Assembly: GCA_016714745.1 (NCBI GenBank) | Contig: JADKCG010000015.1 | Coordinates: 5,043-69,042, forward strand | Length of the DNA stretch: 64,000 bases | Direction of reading: 5' to 3' | Source of the DNA: Elusimicrobiota bacterium | Lineage (GTDB): Bacteria > Elusimicrobiota > Elusimicrobia > FEN-1173 | Part shown: piece after piece, positions 1-8,369 of the stretch | Numbering within the stretch: the stretch's first letter is position 1 | How the letters are laid out: the number at the start of each line of letters is the position of its first letter | Program-made: the position numbers and the translations under genes | Notes under the pieces: generated by a model | Database searches by the model: none | Told to the model about the DNA's origin: nothing | What the model saw: only the letters and a program-made list of their open reading frames with translations

Positions 1-91
1 GTTTGCCCTCTGGAACGGGCGATTTTCTAAATAAAACGAGCCGACATTAACCCCATCAAACAAACAACACTCAAAAATCGGACCGCCAAAA

Positions 92-202
92 GATTCCCCT
101 GAAAATTCCAGTTGACGAAGCATTTCCGTGCGGGAGGGCTAAAAAATTCTATTCCCGACCCTGTCGATGGTCCCCCTGTGCCAACCGGGGAATCCCGGTT
201 AA
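92..202 (-). repeat. 111-nt structured repeat, copy A (family also at 8257-8367 and 33913-34023)
   Basis: The reverse complement aligns end to end with copy B, about 5 of 6 positions identical by hand alignment. It starts with hairpin AACCGGG-ATTC-CCCGGTT, which overlaps the ribD stop. It ends with palindrome CTGGAATTTTCAGG. Confidence 0.8.
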
Positions 203-1288
203 AGCAAAAATCCGTGAATAAGCCAGTCATCGCCGATGCGATGGATCTCTGCCCGTTTCAAGCGCGGGGCGTGGGAGGGGCGAGACTCGCCTCTGCCTTC
301 CATGGCCGTGGGAGCCTCTTTTCCTCCCAGGAAACTGGGGGCGACAAACAGATAGACCTCATCCACAAGCCCGGCGGACAAGAAACACGCCGCGACCCGA
401 CCTCCGCCTTCGACCAAAAGATGGGTGATGCCACGCCGCCCGAGCGCCAAAAGAACCTGATGGGGATCTGCCTCTTGACCTCGGCCAGGGACCCGAACCA
501 CTAAAGCCCCGGCTTTTTCAAGAGCGCGCGTTCGGACGGGAGACGTTCCCGTTTTAGTCAAGATCCAGGTGGGCGCTGTCGGCTCAAACACATGCGATCG
601 CACAGGCAAATCGAGGGTGCCAGACAACACCACTCGCACCGGGTCTGGCCCGAGACCGTGGCTGGTCAAAAAGGGATTGTCTCGGCGGACAGTTTCAGCG
701 CCCACCAGGACCGCATCCGACGCGGCCCTCAATTGATGGACCCAGGCACGGGCCTTGGGACCGGTGATCCAGCGGGAGACGCCTGTCCGGGACGCAATTT
801 TTCCATCCAAGGTTTGCGCCATTTTCAAAACCACATGCGGACGACCCGACCGTTGATTCCGAAAAAAATCCCTGGTTTAATAATTTGGCCCTGCGGGCCA
901 AAACCCCGGACGTTACCCGCACGCCGGCGTTGCGAAGAAGGGCGATTCCCCGACCACTCAAACGAACGCTGGGATCCCGGGTCGCCACACACACGCGCGA
1001 TACCCCCGCCCGGACCACCGCCGCGGCACAGGGCGGCGTCTTTCCCCAATGGGGGCATGGTTCGAGCGTCACATAAAGGGTCGCACCCCGCGCATGGGCT
1101 CCCGCCCGATGAAGAGCCATCGCTTCCGCGTGGGGACCCCCGAAACGTTCGTGCCACCCCTCTCCCACCACCCGGCCGCCTCGAACGATCACACACCCCA
1201 CGCGAGGATTGGGATGGGCGAGGTCTCCGCCCTGCTCCGCAAGAGCAATGGCGCGAGACATCATTTTTTCATCAATAGGATGGAACAT
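199..1288 (-). pseudogene. ribD: bifunctional riboflavin biosynthesis protein RibD (deaminase + reductase), frame broken once
   Basis: ORF 695-1288 carries the CMP/dCMP-type deaminase motifs (HAEAMAL, TLEPCPHWGKTPPC). ORF 199-834 carries the reductase domain (VVLKMAQTLDGKIA). The frames meet at the A7 run 862-868 (T7 on the coding strand). One T fewer gives LLNQGFFRNQRSGRPHVVLKMAQTLDGKIA. Confidence 0.9.
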
Positions 1289-1641
1289 GGCCGGGGCGGG
1301 AAGGACGTTAGCAGAATAGGAGTGAAATGAACATAAATTCCCCGTGTCTCTTTATCGCTTAGAAAATTATTTTCCCGCCTCTCTCCGGGCATTGCCAGCC
1401 CGGAATTTTCAGTTGGACCGCGGGATTCAACGTGAAACATGCGTTTTTTAGTTCACAAAAAAAGAGGGCTTCCGAGTTTCCCGTGCGTCTCGAAGGAACT
1501 TTGAAAGCTTTCCATCCCCAGGAAAGGAGGTGGCATCCCCCTCTCATCGGCACAGCTGTCCCAGGCACCACACGTTCTGACCGAACCGAAAGGTCCTTGT
1601 CGCGGTGTTGTGAACGTCTCGCAATCAGAACCGAGTCTATT

Positions 1642-3633
1642 CTAGCTTTTTGGGGGGAGACGATTCAATGCTGACGCAGACGAAGGAGGTCCGAAAGCCC
1701 CCCGGATGGCGCGTTGGAACGTGGCGAGGTCGATGGGTTTATGCAGGAGATGCAAACCACGGGATTCAATGTCCCCCACCAGCGCAAGGTTCAACACATC
1801 CCCCGTCATAAACAAAAACGGGGGGCGGGGATGATGGGTCCAGAGGCTCCAATTTTCATAAAGGGAAAAACCCGAGCCCTCTCCCAACCGAACATCCGTG
1901 ACCACAAGATCAAAAACATCTCGAGCCGACTTCGCGATTGCTTCTTTCAACGATCCCGCCACCTCCAAACTGTTGCCTTCCGCTTGGATGACCTTGCTCA
2001 GAAATCCCAAAACGTCCGGCTCATCATCCACCAACAAAATGGCCTTGCCTCTGACCACCGGCAGTGACGGGGCCGCCACCGCCGTCGTGGCCACCGCCTC
2101 TCGAGAGAGCGGCAATTCAAACCAGAAGGTGGTTCCCTCGCCTAAAACCGTCTTAAACCCAATTTTTCCCCCGTGTTCTTCGATGATTTGTTTGCAGACA
2201 GGCAGACCCAACCCCGTCCCGCGGCCTTCGGGTTTTGTCGTAAAGAACGGTTCGAACAAGCGCTCCCGAGCGCTTTCGGGCACGCCAGGGCCGTTGTCGG
2301 CCACTTCGAGACGGATCAACTCGTTGGGCTCCTCACGGGCGGATATGTGAATGGTTTTTTTACCGGTGTTCGTCCCCATGGCGTCACAAGCGTTGTTGAT
2401 CAAATTGACGAACACTTGTTGAACCTGTTGAAGGTTGCCTCGCGCGTAAGACAAATGTTTAGGGATGTCCACCGTCACCTCAATGTTGGCCGCCTTTTTG
2501 AGCTTGTACTGTAAAAGTTCCCGCGACGACTCGACCACATGCGCCAGATCCACGGTCCGCTTTTCGATGTCACCTTGACGGACGAACAAAAGAAGATTTT
2601 CAATAATCTTCTGGCACCGCATGGCGTTCTCCGTAATGATACGGAGATCGTTCAAAATCGCCCGGGGCTCCAACCGTCGGCCTCCGTCAGGGGAAGCCAA
2701 GCGTTCTTTCATGTCGTCCCCTAAAATATCGGAATATCCCACCACCGCTTGAAGAGGATTGTTCAACTCATGGGCGATCCCCGAAATCAGTTGACCGACA
2801 GCGGACAGTTTTTCGGATCGGATCAATTGTTGTTGAAGACGGCGGGCTTCCGTGGTGTCGCGGATCACTAAGGTCCATTCCTTGTTCATCCAGAAATCTT
2901 GATGCTGGCCGCCCCACGAGACAGACAGCTCTAAAGAACGCCCGTCTTTGGCCTGGCCGGGCAAAGAGAAATCCCGCACCGACCCCTTTTCCATCACCTG
3001 GTTCAACAACTTTTTAAAATCGTTCCCCGCGCTTTTCGGAAAAAGGATGGTGAGCGGTTTGCCCAGGGCTTCGGAACCCAAGTAACCAAATATTTTTTCC
3101 GCTCCTCGGTTCCAAGTGCTGATCCATTGTTCCCGCGACAACCCGACAATGGCTTCGGGTGAGTTTTCAAGCACCGTGCGCAGTTTGGATTCGCTCTCCG
3201 CCAGGTTATGAAAAAGAAAAGCGTTTTCCAACGCCAGCCCTACTGCGTTGGCGTACAGCATCAGCCCCGCCCGATCGGTCTCGGTAAAAGCCCGATTGGA
3301 TTCGAAATTGTCCGCGGTGATAATCCCCAAGACGCGGTCTTTCCCACAAATGGGGGCCATGCAAAACTCGCGGGTTTTGGCTTCCGCGACGAACATCGGA
3401 TTCACCCGCTGATCCCCGGACGGATCCTTAACAATGACGGCCTGACGTTGCCGCAACACATCGTTTAAGAGATCCTCCCCGCCCAAGGGCACGCGCCGCT
3501 TTTTAAAAGCGATCTCAGAGAACCCAGCGGCATCCGACCCAAAGAGATATCGTCCCACAATTTCTTTACGGACAGGGTCCACCCAATACAAACCGGTACG
3601 ATCAAAAGAGAACCCCCGGGCCACCGCCTCCAA
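1642..3633 (-). CDS. hybrid sensor histidine kinase (GAF-PAS-HisKA-HATPase-receiver)
   Basis: H-box SGIAHELNNPLQAV; ATPase motifs NLINNACDAM, DNGPGVP, GTGLGLPVCK; C-terminal receiver ILLVDDEPDV...LVVTDVRL...HKP. The start is TTG and the first helix of the GAF domain appears to lie upstream in this frame. Confidence 0.9.
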   Translation of the reverse strand: MEAVARGFSFDRTGLYWVDPVRKEIVGRYLFGSDAAGFSEIAFKKRRVPLGGEDLLNDVLRQRQAVIVKDPSGDQRVNPMFVAEAKTREFCMAPICGKDRVLGIITADNFESNRAFTETDRAGLMLYANAVGLALENAFLFHNLAESESKLRTVLENSPEAIVGLSREQWISTWNRGAEKIFGYLGSEALGKPLTILFPKSAGNDFKKLLNQVMEKGSVRDFSLPGQAKDGRSLELSVSWGGQHQDFWMNKEWTLVIRDTTEARRLQQQLIRSEKLSAVGQLISGIAHELNNPLQAVVGYSDILGDDMKERLASPDGGRRLEPRAILNDLRIITENAMRCQKIIENLLLFVRQGDIEKRTVDLAHVVESSRELLQYKLKKAANIEVTVDIPKHLSYARGNLQQVQQVFVNLINNACDAMGTNTGKKTIHISAREEPNELIRLEVADNGPGVPESARERLFEPFFTTKPEGRGTGLGLPVCKQIIEEHGGKIGFKTVLGEGTTFWFELPLSREAVATTAVAAPSLPVVRGKAILLVDDEPDVLGFLSKVIQAEGNSLEVAGSLKEAIAKSARDVFDLVVTDVRLGEGSGFSLYENWSLWTHHPRPPFLFMTGDVLNLALVGDIESRGLHLLHKPIDLATFQRAIRGAFGPPSSASALNRLPPKS

Positions 3634-4909
3634 ACAGGTGCGGAGATTCGGTCTCTTCTTCCTGACGTTGAATAACGGCTTCTTCCATGTCCCGCAAGGC
3701 GGTCACCTGGCGGAGCCTTTGCTCCAACTCCCGGTTTCGCGCCTCCAAGGTTTCCGCCATGCGGTTAAACGAGGCGGCGAGTACGTCTAATTCGCGGCTT
3801 TTGAAGCTCGGGAACCGAAACGTCAAATCACCCGAAGCGAAACGCTTGGTCCCTTCCACCATAGAATGAATCGGCTCCATCAGGTCCGATACTCGGTGAA
3901 CGATGAATCCCACCAGCCCCAGCGTACCAACGATGGAAATCAAAACGGTCAACAAAAGGATGTTCCGCAATGGGCGCCCCAAATATTCCCGCGCCGGCGC
4001 TGTCACGACGACCCGCCACCGCCAGAGACCGTCGCTTTCACGGATCAACATCTCCCCACGAAAGATCGAATTGGCTTTGCTCCGCTCCAACCCTAAAACC
4101 CGTTTGCCGTCAAAATCTTCAACAAAAGCCCCCCCGCCCACCCCGACTTGCACGCCACGCAAGATGTCCTCCACTGCCGCCATGTCGCAATCAGTGACGA
4201 TCGCGCCCAAAAAAACCCCCGTTTCGTCAAAAACAGGTTTGGCATATCGCTTCACCAGGGGACCCCCTTCCACGGCCTGTTGGAGCGGCGGGTCATACTT
4301 TTTCCCTTTGCGTAAATGATCAATAAATTCAAGCGGGAACGAAGCTTTGTATCGCTCCGGCGCGATGGCGGAACGGAGCGAGCAGACCCTCTGACCGTCG
4401 GCGGAAACGTAGGAAATGTCGTAATAGACTTTGGCTCGTTGGGCAAAATTTTTGAAATACTTTTCCAATTCCCGGCGATACACCGCGGCCTCTTGCCCCA
4501 AGCCAAACCCCCGGTTCTTGTTGTAATCAGCGATGAGAGTCGTTTCAGAAACAGAATCCAGATCGTTCAATCGCTGTTGAAAAAATCCTTCTAATGTTCG
4601 AGCGGTGTTTTGAGCTTCCGCGGCCATGACTTGGCGGACACTGCGGACAATCTGGTGGCGAACAAGGAGGTAACTGGCACTGCCGAAAAGGAAGGTAACG
4701 ATGATGACGCCCGGGATCACAGGGGCGAGGAGCCGACGACTGAGCGTTCGGCTACGAAATAAAGGGGCCCACCCTCGGAAGGGAGGAGCGGCCAGTTTCT
4801 GAACCACAAACGCCCACCACGCCTTCACTCTGCGAAGCCCTCCCGTCGGAAAAAACGCCCGCGATGACGGACATCCTGCCATCGACATTTCCCAGGGACC
4901 CGTTGCCAT
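3602..4909 (-). CDS. membrane sensor module (TM - periplasmic domain - TM - HAMP) with no output domain; probably the N-terminal part of the downstream kinase
   Basis: Two hydrophobic segments (VIPGVIIVTFLFGSASYLLV; LLLTVLISIVGTLGLVGFIV) are followed by HAMP-like PIHSMVEGTKRFASGDLTFRFP...LAASFNRMAETLEARNRELE. It overlaps the kinase ORF by 32 nt in another frame. Confidence 0.75.
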   Translation of the reverse strand: MATGPWEMSMAGCPSSRAFFPTGGLRRVKAWWAFVVQKLAAPPFRGWAPLFRSRTLSRRLLAPVIPGVIIVTFLFGSASYLLVRHQIVRSVRQVMAAEAQNTARTLEGFFQQRLNDLDSVSETTLIADYNKNRGFGLGQEAAVYRRELEKYFKNFAQRAKVYYDISYVSADGQRVCSLRSAIAPERYKASFPLEFIDHLRKGKKYDPPLQQAVEGGPLVKRYAKPVFDETGVFLGAIVTDCDMAAVEDILRGVQVGVGGGAFVEDFDGKRVLGLERSKANSIFRGEMLIRESDGLWRWRVVVTAPAREYLGRPLRNILLLTVLISIVGTLGLVGFIVHRVSDLMEPIHSMVEGTKRFASGDLTFRFPSFKSRELDVLAASFNRMAETLEARNRELEQRLRQVTALRDMEEAVIQRQEEETESPHLFGGGGPGVLF

Positions 4910-5003
4910 GGATTCCGCTCACCATCCCCCCGCTAAACACCCCCAGGGAGCCCCCCAACTATATGCGGAGAAAAGGTAAATTGCAATGGTTAATTTTATT
5001 TTT

Positions 5004-6090
5004 AGAGGACGTTTTAGGGGACGTTGTATATATTGTCTATATTTTAAGGGTGTGAAGGATTTCGTCCCATGTCTTGGCGTTCTTCTCTCCTCGCACGGCA
5101 GATTCGTAGACTGTCACCGGTTTCATCCCGGTCGATCGAGATAACTCCCCTCCGCTTCGACCCATTTTTTTTACCCAAAGATAACTGATCCCTTCCCTCG
5201 CCCGGGGCACGGGGGGGACTTTCCCTCCCCCCACTAACTGCCCCTCGTCCACCCCCACATTTTCACACACCGCTTTAATCAATTTTTTCACGTCCCATCG
5301 GCGCAACAAATTTCCACGCACCTGGGCCTCCCTCTCTGCCTCTTTTAAAAGTCCTTCCACAAATCCGCTCCCGCCTAATATCCGCTCATCCGCCAAAAAA
5401 CTTTCCCTCCCCCGCCTTAAAGCAATAAGATTACTCCATCCCCCCTGACTTCTGACCAGCCCGCCCCCCTCCAAATGTTTCGGCGCTGGCCTTTTTAATC
5501 CCTCCTCAACAAACCGGATGTACCCCGACCGAGCCTGTCCCGTCAATCCAGAAAACCTTGCCAACACCTCCCCTGTGCACTGCCAAGGCCGATTGACTTT
5601 CCCCACCAGAACGGAATGGCCGGTGAGAGAAGATCCCCCTAACCCCTCCAACGATTTGACGAGTCCGGCCCTTAGGGGGTTCAGATGAATATAACGCACC
5701 AGCTCCAAGAAGTAAGGGTCATCTTCGCAAAGAACCGATTTAAACCGATTCTGGAATAAATGACCCGCCCGTCCGTAACGCCGATTGAAGTATCCCGCGT
5801 ACCCACTCAAGAGCTTTCGCATAACGTGAGACAGCGGCGTCTTCGTTGTCCGCATCAAAAGGTGAAAGTGATTGGGCATCAACGCCCAGGCATATACCAG
5901 AAGGGATTCTTTTTCAACCACTTTTCCCAAGCGGGCCAGGAATTCTTCACGATCCTCACTTCCACTAAAAATTTTTTCTCGCTGTATTCCGCGCCCCATC
6001 ACGTGATGCAACGCCCCAGGAATGTCCAACCGTGCTTGTCGTGGCATGGCCGCATGTTACACAATATATACGAAATAGACAACGTCCCCT
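5004..6090. mobile_element. RAYT/IS200-like unit bounded by imperfect inverted repeats
   Basis: Left flank is AGAGGACGTTTT-AGGGGACGTTGTATATATTGT (5004-5036). Right flank is ACAATATATA-CGAAATAGA-CAACGTCCCCT (6061-6090), the reverse complement of the left motif with a 9-nt insert. Confidence 0.6.
5037..6047 (-). CDS. REP-associated tyrosine transposase (RAYT) / IS200-like Y1 transposase with C-terminal HTH-like extension
   Basis: N-terminus MPRQARLDIPGALHHVMGRG, HUH motif MPNHFHLLM, then GHLFQNRFKS and VRYIHLNPLRAGLV, typical of the TnpA_REP family. Confidence 0.85.
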   Translation of the reverse strand: MPRQARLDIPGALHHVMGRGIQREKIFSGSEDREEFLARLGKVVEKESLLVYAWALMPNHFHLLMRTTKTPLSHVMRKLLSGYAGYFNRRYGRAGHLFQNRFKSVLCEDDPYFLELVRYIHLNPLRAGLVKSLEGLGGSSLTGHSVLVGKVNRPWQCTGEVLARFSGLTGQARSGYIRFVEEGLKRPAPKHLEGGGLVRSQGGWSNLIALRRGRESFLADERILGGSGFVEGLLKEAEREAQVRGNLLRRWDVKKLIKAVCENVGVDEGQLVGGGKVPPVPRAREGISYLWVKKMGRSGGELSRSTGMKPVTVYESAVRGEKNAKTWDEILHTLKI

Positions 6091-6160
6091 ACTTCCGCTT
6101 CTTGTGGTGTTTGCCTAAATATGGGATAACTTTGAGCTATGAAAATAAAAATGTCCTTAC

Positions 6161-8251
6161 TTGAAGACTATGATCGGATATATTAAATCCAAGCTTGGGA
6201 AGTTCCATCGGTCTTCCAAGATCGATTTATTAGTGGCGAGCTTCCTTTTACTATTTCTTGAATTAGCCCTGATCCGTTGGGTCAGCGCCAGTGCATTCAT
6301 TATGGCTTACTTTGCCAACATTATTCTTGTGGGATGTTTTTTAGGGTTCGGGATCGGCTGCTCATTAAAGAATAAACGACCCCTTTTCACAGGAGCCCTC
6401 TTACTCCTTTTTATAATACTCCTTAGTTGCCGTCTCATTGAGGGGCAACGATTTGCTAATCCATTTTCCGATTCGGAATTTATTTTTAGCGCCCAAGGTT
6501 CTTTTCGTTGGACCGCGGCATTAATGGGTCTGTATGTTCTCATTGTCTTTTTGTTCATTTTTATTGGGCAAAAAATCGGTTCTTTATTAGATTTGTTTCC
6601 TCCTCTCGAGGGATATGCCCTTAATATCATCGGCAGTTTAATCGGGACCATTTCCTTTGCCCTCTGCAGTTATTGGCAAACAATTCCCACGGTTTGGTTT
6701 GTTGTGTGCGGCCTCCTCTTCCTTTGGCTCCAGCGAAAATCTTTATGGCCATTCGTGACAACGGCGGTGATCATGATCGGAAGTATTTTAATTGTTCACA
6801 CCCAGCAGGCGAATGCCCTGTGGTCCCCTTATTATAAAATCCAGATCAACCGAATGAGCCCGATTGAATCCGGATCCTTTCAGCTCTTGGTGAACAACGA
6901 TCAGCATCAGCTTGCTCTCAACTTAACGGAGACAATATCAAAGAAGGACCTCTTTCATCATCACTGGGAGAAGATTTATCAATATCCCTATCGGGCGCTC
7001 GGTCGGTCCGCTCGTCGAGTTCTTGTCCTTGGCTCAGGAACCGGGAACGATGTGGCCGCCGCTCTTCGAGCCGGAGCACAGCAGATTGACGCCGTCGAAT
7101 TGGATCCGGCTATTTTCTCCTTGGGATCAAAACTGCACCCAGAGAGACCTTACCAAGACCCGCGCGTACGAATCCATATAAACGATGCTCGCCATTTTTT
7201 GCGCTTCAATCAAGAGAAATACGATGTTGTGATCCTAGGCTGGCTGGACTCCCACCGCTTATTTTCCACTCTTTCCAGTGTCCGTCAAGACAATTTCATG
7301 TACACGGCTGATTCCTTTCAACAGGTCACCTCCCATTTGACGGACGATGGAGTTTTGTTTTTGAGTTTTTATGTGGCGCGTGGGTGGGTGGCCCAAAAAA
7401 TTTTCGGCATGCTGAACAGCGCTTTTGGACATGCGCCTCATATTTACAATTATCCAGGGGGGGGGTATGGTGAAATGGGTCATATTTTCTCCATTGGAAA
7501 ACGTCCCTCGTTTCTCCCCCCCCCCATCGAGGGGTTCAATAATCTGGCTCCTCTCTATGAAACCCTTTTGCCTTCACCAATCCCAACAGACGATTGGCCC
7601 TATCTTTATTACCGGGAAAAATCCCTATCAAAGGAATATGCGAGTGTGCTTGGATTTTTATTAATTCTTTCGATCTTAGCCACAGTTAGCGTTATTCCGC
7701 GCCCCATAAGATCCCAGCCTATTCATTTTGCTTTTTTCTTTCTCGGGGCGGGATTTATGTTGTTGGAAACAAAAAACATTACTAAACTGGCGCTGATCTA
7801 TGGATCGACATGGCAAACCACCTCCATTGTCGTCATCGCGGTTTTGAGCATCATCCTAGCGTCCATTGTCCTCATAAAATATGGATGGGAGCCTTCTCCC
7901 CGATGGACATGGATCCTTCTTTTCGGCTCTCTGTTTCTCAGTAGCCTTTGGAATGAACAGTGGGTCCAAGGGGGTCCCTCCTGGGCGGGGGGTGTTCTCA
8001 CAACGTTGATCCTATCTCTGACCTTTGGTCTCTCAAACATAATCTTCATTCGATTATTTGCAACGGTAAAAAACCCCAGTCTTGCGTTAGGTCTTAATCT
8101 TTTGGGCGCTGTTGTGGGAGGCGTGGCGGAATATGGGACGTTGCTGGTGGGAATGCGGGCCATGTATCTCGTTGTCATTTTTTTCTATGGAGCCGCTTGG
8201 CTATTTACAAAAGGGGGCCCTCCCCTCTGGAAAACAGTGACAACCGATTGA
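6161..8251 (+). CDS. polytopic membrane protein fused to a spermidine-synthase-like SAM-fold domain
   Basis: There are multiple TM segments at both ends. The central domain reads VLVLGSGTGNDVAAAL...IDAVELDPAI...RIHINDARHFL...KYDVVILGWLDSH. The gene is AT-richer than its neighbours by eye. The start may be ATG at 6170. Confidence 0.8.
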   Translation: MKTMIGYIKSKLGKFHRSSKIDLLVASFLLLFLELALIRWVSASAFIMAYFANIILVGCFLGFGIGCSLKNKRPLFTGALLLLFIILLSCRLIEGQRFANPFSDSEFIFSAQGSFRWTAALMGLYVLIVFLFIFIGQKIGSLLDLFPPLEGYALNIIGSLIGTISFALCSYWQTIPTVWFVVCGLLFLWLQRKSLWPFVTTAVIMIGSILIVHTQQANALWSPYYKIQINRMSPIESGSFQLLVNNDQHQLALNLTETISKKDLFHHHWEKIYQYPYRALGRSARRVLVLGSGTGNDVAAALRAGAQQIDAVELDPAIFSLGSKLHPERPYQDPRVRIHINDARHFLRFNQEKYDVVILGWLDSHRLFSTLSSVRQDNFMYTADSFQQVTSHLTDDGVLFLSFYVARGWVAQKIFGMLNSAFGHAPHIYNYPGGGYGEMGHIFSIGKRPSFLPPPIEGFNNLAPLYETLLPSPIPTDDWPYLYYREKSLSKEYASVLGFLLILSILATVSVIPRPIRSQPIHFAFFFLGAGFMLLETKNITKLALIYGSTWQTTSIVVIAVLSIILASIVLIKYGWEPSPRWTWILLFGSLFLSSLWNEQWVQGGPSWAGGVLTTLILSLTFGLSNIIFIRLFATVKNPSLALGLNLLGAVVGGVAEYGTLLVGMRAMYLVVIFFYGAAWLFTKGGPPLWKTVTTD

Positions 8252-8256
8252 CTGGG

Positions 8257-8367
8257 TTAACCGGGATTTCCCGGTTGGCACAGGGCTACCGTCGACAGGG
8301 TCCGGAACAGAATTTTCCAACCCTCCCGGACGGAAATGCTCAGTCAACTGAAATTTTCAGGTTAACG
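8257..8367 (+). repeat. 111-nt structured repeat, copy B
   Basis: It begins 6 nt after the stop of the 6161-8251 gene. It has hairpins AACCGGGA-TT-TCCCGGTT and AACTGAAA-T-TTTCAG(G)TT and the core GGCACAGGGCTACCG shared with copies A and C. Confidence 0.8.
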
Positions 8368-8369
8368 CC

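Noticed and set aside
1289-1641. Possible FMN (RFN) riboswitch upstream of ribD
   Set aside because: Only a weak resemblance was found (…CTGAAAATTCCGGGCTGGCAATGCCCGGAGAGAGG… on the minus strand, against the 3' half of the RFN element). The conserved 5' half (GGGCGGGGTGAAATTCCCCACCGGCGG-like) is not present. A cmscan with RF00050 would settle it.
8257-8367. Integron attC site interpretation of the 111-nt repeat (it follows ORF stops and has GTTAAC-like ends)
   Set aside because: The ends do not fit the RYYYAAC / GTTRRRY core consensus. The two termini are not complementary to each other along their length. No intI is present, and one copy follows the housekeeping gene ribD.
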